From: Sphaerodactylus townsendi
Taxonomy: Eukaryota
DNA: 64,000 nt
Direction: 5' to 3'
Assembly: GCF_021028975.2 (NCBI RefSeq)
Contig: NC_059426.1
Span: 146,258,001 to 146,322,000, forward strand
Translations under genes and position numbers: made by a program
Notes under the pieces: model-generated
What the model saw: the letters and a program-made list of their open reading frames with translations, nothing else
What the model was told of the DNA's origin: nothing
Databases searched by the model: none
In this document: positions 21,425 to 34,938 of the stretch, one piece after another
Layout: each line of letters starts with the position of its first letter
Numbering within the stretch: the stretch's first letter is position 1

Positions 21425-24139
21425 GAAAATGCTACTGAAACACGGCCATACAGCCCGGAACCCCCCCCCCCCCGGTGATTCCGGCCGTGAAAGCCTTTGA
21501 CAATACATTATTATTTTTTTGTTTCAGAAAGTAACTTTCATATAAATTCCTTCCTGTGAGCACTTTTTACTGGAGTTCCAGCATAATGGAAACAAAATTC
21601 AGAAGAGAAGAAAAAAGCACACATAAGGTTGTGACAAGATAGATCATAGGAATAAGATCACTGGTGTGAAAAGATAGTTTGGAATGAAAAGCTAAGACAA
21701 ATTGAAAAGTAAAAGGGAAACCTTCAACCAATCAAAAATAAAGCAAACAAAACCAAAGTTGGGGAACCATTGAAATACACAAAACAGGTCAAGTGAATAA
21801 AAAGGGCTGTTTTGAAATGAATACAAATGCAAAAATTTCTGAAACTCAATTTAATATGCACATAGCTATCTAATCGTACTTAATACAAGTCTTATATTAA
21901 AAATATACCACAATAACATGCAAAAATCAATGGCATTTTGAACTTCTCCAGTGATATTTCAGTTTGTTTTAGAAATTAATAAATAAAAACTGGAAAACAC
22001 GCACGCCACCAAAACTTAATCAATAATATTTCAACATCCTATAGAGCTCATGAAACCAGAATCTAAAAACTCACATGAACATCCAGCCATCTGCAAAGCG
22101 ACAGAGTTTAATAAGAGACTGCCATAGTGTTAATATATCATTTTTTACATATATTACAGGATTGTGGTTAATTATGGTTAGGTTGCAATATGCATATTAA
22201 ATTTTGTACTTGTATTAGTTGCAAGCCCTTGGTTATTTTCATTCAGTTGATATATTTTTATTTCTGAGTATCTAACACTAGGAATTGAACCTGGGACCTT
22301 CTGCACATAAGCACGTGGTATAACTCAGATACTCGGCTCCTGTCTTTGGACATGTAGAACACCATCCTATGCAAAGTTCTAAGTCTCTTGTGCTTAGTGG
22401 GGCACTGATAATGCATAATACATAAAGAGCAGCAGGAATTTTTCAGCATTGCCATTTTGCTTGACCAAGTACTTCACCTTCTCATGCATGTCAAGAGAAC
22501 AGGATGCTCAATGAATCCCTTCTCTGTCCATTTCAAATATAATGAATCCACCCTCTCTATACACACATCAATTCCATTTGAAAAATGGCCTCTTTCACCT
22601 CCTCTCTATTATACAAAGCTGTTATCCATGGAGCTGTAAGTGACTGATTTTGATTACCACTTGGTTACGCTGCCTCATTGTTGCAGGAAGGCTTCTTCTG
22701 TAATGAAGGCAATGAATAGCACTTAGATAATAGCACAGCACAGGGCTGATGATGTGTTAAATTATTCCTCATATATATGAGAGGAGTCGGTTATTATTAT
22801 GAGCACTAAACTAAAGAATTCTAAAGAACACGGTAAGGATATTTAATATAGTCTCCAGAGAGATCTCTGTGTCTTTGAATGCATCCGAGGAGACTGAAAA
22901 GCAATAGGAACCATTGAGCTACCACCAAAATTTTGTCTAAAGAGGTATTTGGGAACAAACTAGAAGCTTCTGATGAGCCAAGAGACATTTTGAGGGAAGC
23001 GATAAGTGTATCCAATAAGAATTTTGTCATGGATATTCTCCACAGCCTCACCTGGAAAACTTCTATCTTTCTTAACATTTTTATGTCACCTCTCCAACAC
23101 CCTGCCTGAGGTACCTTACAAAATAATAATAAAAGCAAACATTTAAGGTATGAATTAAAAAGCAGTATCAAACAAGCCCCAGTCCATCAGGACACCACAG
23201 ACCATAATACCAGAGCACTGGCAGCTGAAAAGAGTTTCCAGGCTAAAATAAAGTACAATAAAGACAATACATTAAAATAAAGTAGTGTTCAAAACAAATC
23301 TACCCCTTAATTAAAAGCCTGACTGAATAGAAAGGTTTTGGTTTTGCACCTAAAAGACAGTAGCATATGTTCCACAGGAGCTTTAAAGGGTTAATTGCAC
23401 ATTAATAGTGACCTTGTGCTGTGGGGGTCCTCTGTCTCTCATATGAACTGTAGACAATACCACAAAAAGAGCACCACTCAATCAGCCCATGGGCCAATGT
23501 GGTCTAACAGTGGCAAGTAAATTGTTTCTGGATAGCTTACAAGTTGAGCATGAGGGCAAAAGCCCTTCTCCATATGTTTGTCCCCCAGCAATGAGTTCTT
23601 TAAGCCATATTACCTCTAAAGATAGAGGTTCCATTTAGCCATCTTGGCTAATAGTTGTTGATATGCTATTTTCTGTGACAGGTGTCCCTAACCTTTTTGA
23701 GCCTGCTGATACGTTTGAAATGTTGTCATAGGATGGTGGGTTCAGCAACAAAATGGGTTCAGCAACTAAATGACTGCCACAGGAGGCAGAGCCGGCCAGA
23801 AAATGATTGCCAGTCTAACTTCTGTAATACTTGCACAATCCCAAGACTTGCTCAGGCATCCCACCACATGTGAACTTTCACTTACCTCGTGCCTGTACAA
23901 ACCAGCCTAAGAAAGCAGAAGCTGTCTTTGCTGTGGGACTGAAAAGGTTGTTGCTTTTAGTGGAAGACTGCAAATGGAAGTGTAACCATAAGGAAAGTTG
24001 TTAACAGTGCAATCCTAAGTAGACTTACACCCTTCTAAAACAGTTGAAGTGAATGGCCACTCTGCTTAACACTGCACTGTAAACATTTTAGAACTATCCA
24101 TATTGGGCCAAATGACACAACAGGTGAAATAGCCAACTA

Positions 24140-24320
24140 AAAAGCAGTATTGGGTGGGGTGGAGAAAGATTGGTGAGAGAATTGCCCCTTGCAGGACTCT
24201 GCACACCAACAAGTGACAGGCAGAAATTCTCTCGCCGACTGCTACCCTCTGTCCCTGACTGTGCTGTAGCCACTGCAAAACTGTCCCAGTAATCCCCATA
24301 TCAGTAACATTATCCTTATT
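24140..24320 (-). mobile_element. Old L2-like RT fragment
   Basis: MGITGTVLQWL...QRVAVGE...VLQGAILSP resembles the LINE RT GVPQG motif region. Confidence 0.6.
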
Positions 24321-24591
24321 CTGAAGTAGTTGCAGCTCTTTCCTTGAGCACAGGAAGAACAATGATGTCAACATCTAAAATATGTACCTTAAATGAGTGC
24401 CAACACTTGCTGGATAATCCAAGCCCTTGGCTGATACTTCAAACTACTAGTATTTTTACCAATGATGTTTTCTGTCACCAGTTATGGAATCAGTCAGCTT
24501 TACATCACATGAGAGGAAAGCTCTGACACAGAGTTTTGTCTGATGTGAAGTGGCTCCCCAGAGGTCTTGAAAGGGAACTGCGGAGAGAACA

Positions 24592-24735
24592 NNNNNNNNN
24601 NNNNNNNNNNNNNNNNNNNNNNNNNNNNNNNNNNNNNNNNNNNNNNNNNNNNNNNNNNNNNNNNNNNNNNNNNNNNNNNNNNNNNNNNNNNNNNNNNNNN
24701 NNNNNNNNNNNNNNNNNNNNNNNNNNNNNNNNNNN
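24592..24735. other. Assembly gap (144 N)
   Basis: Run of N. Confidence 0.99.
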
Positions 24736-25545
24736 AGTCTTTTTCTCAATATCCTTTATGAAACTTAAAATGGGCTAGAAACAAAAATTGCTACCTCATA
24801 TTCCTTGGGAATATTAATTCTGCCATTATATGTTGGGAGGGAGTTTAAAGGTAGGAATTGGAATGGAAGCCATTGGGACATACTTAAATTTATGTGCCTG
24901 TGGTCAACAATCAATAGAGTTTGTAGAGTTAAGCCCTCAGAGAAAGAATTATGTTGTTGGAAATCATACACCTTCACACTGGGTAATGGAATGTTCACCA
25001 TCTTGGGACACAACATTTGTCAGTCATTTTCTGCTTCCAATGCAAAAACTGCCTATTTGATGTTGTGCATAAGTGCACCAAATTATTTATTGACATCAGA
25101 TCCACAAGGGAAAAGGCAACTATATACTCAAGGTGATGCACAATTTCAGCAATTACAAGTTATAAAATAAATTCTGTGAACTGCTGCAGAATCTACTAAT
25201 CTATCCCATTTTTATCCCACCCTTCTTACAAGGAGCAGAGGGCAACATACATGGCTCTTCCTTTCTATATCACACCTTCGTAATAATCCTGTGAGGTAGC
25301 TTAGGATGAGAGTAAATGGCTTAAGCTCATTCAGTAAACATATAAAGAGCCACCTGGATCAAACTAGTGGTTTACCCATAGTGCAATCTTTAAAACAAAG
25401 TTAAAGCTTTCAAAACAGCTTAGAAGTGTATTATGTTAGCATGGCCTTCATCCCCTGCCTTATGAAATATTGGATTTTCATATTATTTCCTACACTGTGT
25501 GCTATAAAATGCCAGTTTCCATGTTTGTATAGGTGGATAGCAGAG

Positions 25546-26521
25546 TGTCGAGGCTGAAAGCAAGTCTAAGGCGAAACAGTCTTTTTGCAAAGATTAGATC
25601 TATGAGTTACTCCAGTGATACAATCTGGAAGCCTCATAACAAGGACATGCATCTTGATTATCCAACCCTGCCAGAGCACTCCGTTAACATAATGGAATCT
25701 GTTGAACTCCTGGACACCACACCTTGCCATGGCTGCAGCTATGCAAATAATACAGGAACATCCTGCCCTGAGATTGTAGTATCTCTTTGTATTTTCTCCC
25801 TAACAAAACGATCCCTGATAACAAACGCCTCAGCCAAATTTGAATACTCTGGGCAGAGACTTTAGGAAGTACCTCTGCATAAACCATTCAAGGTTTCACT
25901 GATGTACGCCAGGACCAATTGGCCCCACTGTCCCGGGAAGTAGAAACAATAGAGTTGCTAATTAGCTCAAACCAGCAAGTCCAGCAAGGAAACCCCAAGC
26001 AGTTGCAGAGAAACGAAACCTAAGTTTCAATTTCCCGCCTTTCCTGCGCAAGGGGCTATAAAAATACTGCACACCCGAGCCTCAGTGCTCAATACTAGCC
26101 TGAACCTCTCTTGGTCACGTTGGTTTGAGACGTGATATCGTCCTTCACATTGGGTTTTCTGTGCTGGCATAGAAATCCTTGCCTTCTAGATCTTCTTCAG
26201 CTGAATTTAGGTAACGTATGGTCCTTGCTCCCCCTCCTATTCTATCATCCAAAACCTAACTTTTCCTCCCTGTTTATATACTTAGGAACTGTGTGTATGA
26301 GCCTTAATGTCTCACTGTATAATTGCTTGCAACCAAAACTTATATAAAAATAATTAAAACTACAATTTGGTCTCTTTGCCTTCTCTGTAGAATGTTTCAA
26401 AAGCCAATTCTGGTATAGTTGTCTAAAATATCCCACCCGGCCTGCCTCTCGCACTGCCAAGATGAGTAATTCCCCATTGCTATTTTAAAAATAAGTTCTT
26501 ATATTGTTAAGCTGGGTAACA
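25546..26521 (+). mobile_element. Probable ERV-like solo LTR (~1 kb), boundaries uncertain
   Basis: TGT start, GGTAACA end like the LTR at 36852-37840, internal ggggctataaaa (~26052) and downstream ATTAAA; no clean TSD found. Confidence 0.45.
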
Positions 26522-26961
26522 GTTACTCTGTTTAGGATTCCCCGGAGAATGCAGCATCGTATTTCCATACAGTGGCAGACTAGATGCCCAATCATACTTA
26601 TGCCTCTCTCAACTGCTGTTCCCCAGCAACTCACATCTGAATACTGAGGGCCACTTATGCCAGCAGGGTAAGCAAGTGTGCCAGTGTGACCCCATGCTGG
26701 CGCTAAAGCCCAATTCCACCCCTGGATTGGGCTGCCCCTTTCAGAGGTATACTAGCTCAGAGCATGGAGACCCCAAACCAGTAGTCATAGGTAACAATGG
26801 ACTTTTCCTCCATGTAATTTTCTAATCCCCTTTTTAATCTACCTAAATTAATAGCCAACATCCCATCCTGTGGTACTGAGTTCTATAAAATAATTTTGCA
26901 TCGTGTGAGTTACTTTCTTTCGTCTGTCCTAAAATTTACAGCAGCATGGGGATTTCAATTA

Positions 26962-27856
26962 CCTTATATACTTACGTATAAGTCTACTTTTTCAGCACAT
27001 TTTTGTGCTGGAAAAAAGCCTCCCTCGACTTATACACGAGTGAATGGGTGGCGAGCAGGTGTGGGGAACAGGTGGTGAACAAAAAAAGGCTGGGAGCTGA
27101 GAGTGTTTTTCTGCATCTGCTCCTTGCTATGTGGACACAAAGGCAGCTCCAGGTAAGCCTTGGGCTGTTTCTTCGCTGCACTACAGGTGGCCAGTAGCTT
27201 CATTCACAGTGAATATTCAATGAATAGGTGTGAATATTAAATATTAAATTTATATGTTACAGAATTTTTGTTCAGGCCAGGAAGCTCCATGAATGCTAGG
27301 GAGCAATACTCATTGGGAAATCCGCACCATTGGAGCCTATGATGGCAGGAATCCCCCAAACACACAGGGAGCCCTGGGGTGCAGCCACTGCCAGCACCTT
27401 TCTCGGCCCCCACCCAGTGTTTTTGGAAAGCAGGTGGGACTTCTGTCCAGCTAAGCTTGCAGACCTGCAAAAAAGACTTGCTCTGGGGCAGCAGCTGCCA
27501 TCACCACGCAAGCATCTTCACTGTGTAATGACAAGCTATCCTTGTTGAAGGAGAACCTGCAGGGACTTTTTAAAAGGGGGATCTTGTTGAGCATCTTCCC
27601 TATGAAACTCTGAAGAGATACTGTCTGTGAGAATTATATATTCCACTTCAGAACTTTTAAAGTTAATGTTGATACCATACTGTTTTTCTTTGAAATAAAT
27701 ATTTTATTGGTATCTATTTTTATTTTTGAAATTTACCAGTAGCTGCTGCATTTCCCACCCTAGTCTTATACTCGAGTCAATAAGTTTTCCCATTTTTTGT
27801 GATAAAATTAGGTGCCTCGACTAAATTTGGGTGGACTTATAGGCGAGTATATACGG
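26962..27856. mobile_element. Non-autonomous Tc1/mariner (Tc2/pogo-like) element (~895 bp)
   Basis: TA|ccttatatacttacgtataagtc ... gacttataggcgagtatatacgg|TA; subterminal 'cttatactcgagt' repeats. Confidence 0.75.
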
Positions 27857-28949
27857 TAGGTTCTTTTCAGTACTTGGCTCGGTCTAGATCTCGCAAGAAA
27901 GAGATTTCTATTTTCACGTATATTTGGTCATTCATAAGGTTTGTCATGTGCCTTTGGGATGTTCATTGGGTAGCTTTATACAAAAAAGAGAGGGGATGTA
28001 GCAGAATGCAATGACTATCGCAAGAAGAACCTACTACACCAAGCTACAAGAATTCTGTGATGATTTCGCGTGGTCTTTTTCACCTGTGGCAGCGCGAAAG
28101 TCAGTGTAATGCTACCAGGGAACAAGGCTTTTGCTGTCCAAGTCATTGAATTTGATTCCAAAGCATCCGGAAAAATGGACAGGAATGACCCCAATCAAAG
28201 GGGGCGGGGAGGCAAATCTGCCCATACAGCGGTGCATGGCTGCTCTGTTGGATTTGCCCTCTGCGAGGCACTTACCCCAGTGTGGGGGTGAAACTACTGG
28301 TGTGCAGCTGCCAGTGCCCACCCTTGCAGTGGGATGTGGTGCAGGATGTTGCAACAACATTCCTCCGCCTCTGCTGCCAGCAGTGGAGTAGCAGAGGGTG
28401 GTGCAGGGGTGTTACTGGGGGAGGCACCTTCTTAGACATTCACCATCTTATGCTGGCTGTGGTTTATTTAGACTTAAGCCGCTGAAAAGGCAGTGTAAGT
28501 CTATGCATCCCCATAGAGGCTTTTCAGTGGTATTTGTTTGTTTGTTTGTTTATTAGGCTTGTATACCGCCCTCCCCTGGAGGGCTCAGGTAGGGAGGTCT
28601 TTTCTCTTTGCAAACCTCCCCGTGCCTCCAGGAAGCAATGGGGTGGGGTGGCTGCAGCACCACAGCCAGCCATCTGGCCATTTGGATGTGGCTGCCCATA
28701 CCCATCAATGTGTCTACGATTCTTCTTCAATGTACTAGTGCATCTACAACTTCCTTTAGAAAGCTAGCAATGACTTGTGGGATCAGAAAACTCTAGAACT
28801 CCAAGAGTGGGGAGGAGAGCACAATATAATGTAACAGGGTGTGTGTTTTTCCAACATTTATCTCACACAATGCAGATTAACATTTGCAGTGAACAACACT
28901 AACGTCAAGCACTCACACTGCTGATATCACATCACCAGCTTGTTAAACT

Positions 28950-29050
28950 GTATACAGATGTTATGGACTACAGTTGCCATCATCCCCTGCCAGCATCATG
29001 ATGGGAACCGTAGTCCATAACATCTGGAGGGCCGCGAGTTTGACACCTGT
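28950..29050. mobile_element. Partial palindromic hAT MITE related to 3957-4090
   Basis: cagatgttatggactac...gtagtccataacatctg hairpin; gagtttgacacc end. Confidence 0.6.
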
Positions 29051-30204
29051 GATATAGACCAAGCCTAGTCTGACATTCTAACCACATCCCAAACTGGCTC
29101 CCATTATACTGCTTAGATAGGTATCTGAGCTGTCTAATGGGGAATCTGACCACTCATCAAAACCTGCATGGCAGAGACCATGTATTCTCTTTTGGGAATG
29201 AGCCTCCAGAAAATGCCATGCCTCTGAGTGCAAAGGCTAACATACTTGACTGAGAAACTGGTTCTGCACATCTCAAGAAGGAAAGGAGAGTAAAGTGGAG
29301 CTTTGTGGTGAAGCCAACAGAAGAAAAACTGGAATTTTAAGGAGATTATGTAGGGGAGCTTTTACGTACGGAGCCGAAAAGTGGATGTTGGGTGAATTGA
29401 AATGCAGACCAGGGTGTTAAAGATCTCTCATTCCCCTTTAGGCAGTACATAAGAGTTTGGGCAACATGACAGAGGTTGCCTCTATTTTTCAGAGACAGTT
29501 TTGGGCAGAACCCTGGCTTTGGGGCAAGTGACAGATTTCAGGCCAGTACATCTTATTATATGGGTGGTCGAGTTATTGAACTCTATTGACAAAGGGCTGG
29601 ATTTTCTAGCAAGATGGAGCTTCATTAAAATTCTGCCGAGGCTGAGAATTCAATAATCTCTCTCACACAAAGAACTGCATGAGTGGGGCTGATTAGGCAA
29701 TTTCTCTCTCATTCCATTCCTTTTGCTCAAAGCGTTGTTACTTCTTGTTGGTACAAAAAGACAATCATTAAATGAGTATTCACTATAGTTGATTGAGCGG
29801 AAAGTTTTAAAGGTGCGCTGGCTGCTTTCTTAAGGCTTTATTGAATGACTTTAAAAAACCTGTAATATGACGATCATTATATTAAATGATTCCAGAGTGT
29901 GAAAATGCAGATCACACGATTCCATTTGAAACTTCCTTCCTTGGGAATCCCCCTGGTGGCTGCACTTGCATACGCCGCTATTGATTACTTTTGTCTATGA
30001 TATTGTATATGGTCAATTGGTGTAAGAGGCTGTTAGGAATATACTGAAGGTCTTCTCTGGTAAACAGACTATAACTTTATTTGGAGCAAACAGCAGGAAA
30101 CAAAGAAAGGAAATACAAGACCTATCAGATTCCTTCATAGTCAAGTACTCTGACCCAGCCTACCCAGAACCAGAAGTAAATTCTGGCCTGGAATCCTCCA
30201 GATT

Positions 30205-30515
30205 TAGGGTTGCCAATTTCAAAACGGGGTCTGGAGATCTCTTGGAATTAAAACTGATCAAAAGTTGATGGAGATAATTTGCCCTGGATAAAATGGCTTC
30301 TTTGGAGGGTAGACTGTATGGCATTATATCCCACTGAGGTCTCTCCACTCTATAAATCCCACCCACCCTGGGCTCCATCCCCAAATGTCCAGAATTTCTG
30401 AAGTCAACGTTGACAGTTCTATTTAGAGTTACCAACCTCCAGATGAGGACTGGAGTTCTCCCAGAATTACATCCGATCTTCAGATCAGTTGCCCTGTAGA
30501 AAGCAGTAGCTTTAG
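30205..30515. mobile_element. Two adjacent copies of the abundant AGGGTTGCCA MITE
   Basis: tagggttgccaa at 30205; second agagttaccaacctccag at ~30425. Confidence 0.55.
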
Positions 30516-30639
30516 TGGGCAGACCATATGGCCACTGGTATATCTGGGGGGGGGACTGGGGGGCATATGACCCAGGTGCCACTTTGAAGAGTCATGTGGG
30601 GGACGCATTGGGTCAGTCCCCCCACCCTCCCCCAGAGGA

Positions 30640-30875
30640 TCCTGTGCCACTTCTGTTGCCCCTGCCACTTCCTGTCACCCCTGCCACTTTCTGCCATTTC
30701 CTGCCATCACCTATTGCTTCCTGTTGCTTCTGCTGCCCCGCTGTCACTTCCTGCCACTCCTGCTGCTTCCCACTGCTTCTTGCCACTTCTGCAGCCCTGC
30801 CATCACTTCCTGTCACCTTCACTGCTTCCCAACCCTCTGTTGCTTCCTTCCACTTCCTGTCACCTTCTGCTGGTT
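30640..30875. repeat. Degenerate (CTGCCACTTC/CTGTCACC)n tandem repeat
   Basis: Repeated ~9-10-bp units visible. Confidence 0.75.
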
Positions 30876-32079
30876 CCAGCTGCCCCCCGCCCTGAGGCTT
30901 CCTGCTGTTTCTGTTGTTTTTAACCTTTCCTCCCTTTCTCCCCATTGACAACATTCCTACTTTTCTCTCCTACCCCCTTCCTACCCCACAATGTTTTCAA
31001 CTTTCCCCCTAGCCCCTCCCTTTCTTCCCATTGACATGGTGGGGCATTTTGGCCATTGGACATCTGATTGGTTTTGTAGATTTTTTTACGTTGCTTCAAC
31101 AGCAGCTTCAACTACAGCACAACGATCTTCACTGAATGACTGAAGTTAAGATGTGTGTGTGTGCAAGGACATATTTTTAGACAATATGTTCATTTTAAAA
31201 ACATTCTGTTAAACAGAGCTCCTGCAAAAGAACTTTCCCAGCTGTTATTACCCTTTAATCAGAGATGCCAGAAATTGAACTTGGACTTTCTGCATATGGT
31301 ATATATTCTTGTACTGGTACTGGTACATTGTTGTCGTTTTTAAAAGTTGAGTTGTCTTTAAGCAGCTTTTAAAAAGATGGATGCCAGATACTCATGTGTA
31401 GGGGCAGGGTGCAAAATTAGTTCTTGCCCTAGGCTCCATTTGCTGTAGATATGCCATTTGCTGTAGATATGGCATCACACACTTATTGAGTTCCCTCCCT
31501 GCCCCAAACTCCATCCTTCCCAGGCTCTCCCCCCCGCCCCGCCCCCCCAGAAGAAATTCCAGGAATTTCCTTACCTAGAGTTTCTTCACACTATCCAAAT
31601 TCTGGTTTACGGGAACTACTCAGCAGCCCTTCAAATATTATTTTTATTTCATTTATATATTCGATTTATTACAGGCAACCAGACACAATACATTGCAACT
31701 AAAACAATAGAATAATCCCAATTAAAACAATAAAAACAGTAGCAGCAATAACATTTCCATAATTAATAAATTAGGTGGATGATGTCTGGTAAAACCCCGG
31801 GAGGGGACTGGCAGATTTTCAGATAAGCCAATGACAGATGGGGCAACAGTGTACCATATTACATTTGGTACAGTAGCTGTAAGACTTTAGGACTCAAACA
31901 GACTCAAATCAGACAATTCCAAGTGGTAGGAGCTCAGGTACAGTCTGAGCTAGGTTGAGGCCTGCTAATAAACACAACTGTTTCAAAGTAATTTGCCTGC
32001 ATTACTAATTTCTGAGCTTAAAAAAAGAGAAAAGAATCTCTAAGTATGATAAACCTAGAGAGGCAGCATGGTGCAGTGG

Positions 32080-32285
32080 TTAAGAGTGACAGATTGTAAT
32101 CTGAATTGTCAACTTTTCTGCATGAAACCTGCTGAGTGACTTTGGGCCAGTCATCATTCTCTCAGAACCCTCTCAGACCATGCAGAGGCAGGCAATGGCA
32201 AACCAACACCAAACGTCTCATTCCTTGAAAACCCGATGGAGCCAACATAAATCAGCTGTGACTTGATGGTACTTTCCACCATCTT
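32080..32285 (+). mobile_element. tRNA-related squamate SINE
   Basis: gcatggtgcagtggttaagag head; ggcaatggcaaacc..gccttgaaaacc-like 3' part. Confidence 0.6.
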
Positions 32286-32909
32286 GGTAAACCTGGCTTC
32301 TCTTTCTAAAAATCCCATTGCCTGGCAAAAAAAAGTAGGGTTATAAAGGGTTTACTTCACCCCCCAGGCAATAATTAGTATTATTTTTTATGAAGCTCAA
32401 GGTAGTATCCAAGGTAGTCTTCCATTTTCTCCTCAGAGCAGCCCTGTAGAGCTAAGGGAGAATGGCTGGCTTTGTGGTGGAACGACATTTGAAAACTGCT
32501 AACCACACTGCCTTCCAGTACAAACAGAGTTGTAGCTGCAAAATAATATGATATTAAAAAGGAGAGCAGTTTACTATTCCTGGCATGCCCGTAGGATTAC
32601 TAGTTACCTTTGGATTAGTCCCACACAAATATGTAACACACGAACACAAGCACCTCTAACCAGAAACTCAGTGGCCCTCATCTGATTCAGTTGCATGCGC
32701 AAAAAGAATGGGAAGTTCCTGAGCCTGGAATGCGACAAAATAAGGACCACTATTGTGAGATCATCAAAAAGTAGTATATCGTATGTGTTAGAATGTTAAA
32801 CAATGTTTTATGAAATACAGAGTCCTTGCAAAAAGCAAATTTAATGTAATATATTCTGTTTATAGCTCATCTGTTCTTTCCCATAAGTATTTCTATTAAT
32901 AGTTATAAT

Positions 32910-33040
32910 GGTAAAGGTAGTTCCCTGTGCAAGCACCTGGTCATTAATGACCCATGGGGTGATGTCCCATCACAACATTTGCTAGGCAGTTTTCGTTTTC
33001 CGGGAGGTTTGCCATTGCTTTTTTCAATCATCTACTTTTA
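32910..33040 (-). mobile_element. Sauria-SINE-like 3' fragment
   Basis: ggtaaaggtagttccctgtgcaagcac..gacccatgggg. Confidence 0.65.
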
Positions 33041-33832
33041 ATAATTATAGATGGCTGGTGGGCAGGGTATGGCTAGGTTGCTCTGAACACATGTCAGTGG
33101 TTCAGCCATGCTGTGTATTACAGTGGAAAGCAGAAAGGAATGCTAGCTAGTCTTTCTTTATGATAAAGATGGAAATATGTTGTATCTTCAGGAAGCTCCA
33201 GTAGGGAAATATTTCTTAGCCAGATGCATCAAAACACATGAAGAAGGGGGACTTTCCCTAAGCCGTGCATCCATGTTATGCTCAAGTATTTGCCGTGCCA
33301 TAGACATACAAAAACAGCCCAGCAAAACTCTCTTCATTTTGACATGTATGATAATGAAGGAAATTATTAACTGTCCACTTTGTTCAGGCTACTGTTTCTA
33401 GAGAGGTGAGAAAAAAATCACGTCAATATGCACCACTTCCCACTAGAGGGCAGGCAAAGCCAATACTTTCAAGGGCCAATGGCTAACTGAAGAGGAATCA
33501 GCACCTAAGATCTCCAGTTGTGCTAACAGTCCCTACTGGCTCCAGCCTCGCAGCAAAACTTGTAAAGGAAAGTACTTTGCTCAGGTTCAGCTAAAATGAC
33601 GTGATTAAAAACTTCTGGGGGTTAGTGAAATCCCCAGAGCTCCTTGAATCTACACAAATGTTCTAAGGAAAGAAGGGTTGGTTTCTTTGCGTTAATCTGT
33701 TAACAAGCTGCGCATGGGAATAAGTATCATTTCTGTGCAGCAAACATACGACAGACAACCAGCTTTGCCATAAACACACTGGGTTGCCAACCTCCAGGTA
33801 CATCAACCATAGTGGAAGTGCGGTAGGTTGCT

Positions 33833-34557
33833 CAAAGGTTAGCAATCCAAGCAAGCACCTGTATGGCTAATGGTACTGTTGGACCAGCATCTCTAATATT
33901 CAATAAACACTTAAACAATTAGAAATAAGCTTTTATACTGTGTTAACAACATAAAGATTGTGTCGCTATAGGAGTTTGCAGTTGTGAAAACACCACTTTT
34001 CTTTTCTTTTAGGAGTGTTTCTACAATAGCAAACTCCTATAGTGAAACAATCTATGTATTTTTGGCTTATAGGAGAGCCAGTTCTTATAATGTGGTGCAT
34101 AAAAGAAGCTTAAAGATTTATTTATTTTTTGTAGCCCTTTTGGAAAAGGATTTTTTTTTTGAAAATTGCATGTAGGTTTCATTCCATTCACTTTGTAATG
34201 TTGTTATATTGTTTCTGAAATGTGTTTAGACAATAATTATTTCTTAATATTACCCAGGATAACAGGTCACTGTGAAGGTTTCACGAAGTCATTCAACAAC
34301 CAGGGAACAACAGCGCATGTGCATGTTGTTTAGGTTAATGTGTTGCTGTGAGTCCTTTATAAAGGAGTCTTTGTGTATACAAAGGAATCTTTGTGTAAAT
34401 TATCACACAATAATAAGCCTGTGTATATATTGTTTATGTTGTTAAGTTTCACACAGTACAAAACCTTATTTCTAATTGTTTGTTTATTGCATATTAGAGA
34501 TACTGGTACAACAACACCATTAGCCACACAGGAGCTTGCTTGGATTGCTAGCCTCTG
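33833..34557. mobile_element. Unclassified fold-back/MITE element with ~120-bp inverted ends and internal hairpin
   Basis: 33833-33955 is the reverse complement of 34433-34557; second inverted repeat at 33955-34053; no clear TSD. Confidence 0.65.
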
Positions 34558-34938
34558 GGTGGAGCCTGGAGATTTCCCAGGTTTTTTTTTTACTGGTCTC
34601 CAAACTACAGAGGTCAGAGAGAGTGGCTGCTTTGGAGGGTGGACTCTATGGTATTATACTTTGCAGAGGTCTTCCCTCTCCCAAATTCTCACCTCCCCAG
34701 GCTCCACATCCCAAATCTCCCATCCAGATGTTGACACCCTACACACACACCTTTCACAGCTATGGAAGTAGGGTTACCAGCTCTTGCTGGATAAATGTCT
34801 GGAGATTTGGGGGAAGGGAAGGGTTTGGGAAGGGACCTCAGTGGGGTATAATGGCACAGAGTCCACCTTTCAAAACAGCCCAGAAATCAGATGTCATGGT
34901 GGGATATCTCCAGTCACCACCTGGAGACTGACAACCCT
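34558..34938. mobile_element. Two opposed copies of the abundant AGGGTTGCCA MITE
   Basis: Shared core; tagggttaccag (~34769) and ctgacaaccct (~34938) ends. Confidence 0.55.

Larger units (their letters stand above)
20911..21510. mobile_element. Truncated Penelope-like element with inverted pseudo-LTRs
   Basis: 20911-~21065 is the reverse complement of ~21223-21470; the right arm has an extra ~35-nt tail gtgattccggccgtgaaagcctttgacaatacatt; hammerhead motif in each arm. Confidence 0.8.

Noticed and set aside
22270-22330. tRNA gene (B-box-like ggttcaattcc on the minus strand)
   Set aside because: Degenerate tRNA-derived SINE head; no full cloverleaf
16300-23060. Further minus-strand exon candidates near 16419, 18627, 19529 and 23051
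   Set aside because: Acceptor-like tracts exist but donors are weak or stops follow quickly; no recognisable peptide or consistent exon chain
24456-24778. ORFs spanning N runs (also 54029-54413)
   Set aside because: Artefacts of assembly gaps
30515-30954. Several 110-126-aa ORFs
   Set aside because: Produced by a stop-poor tandem repeat
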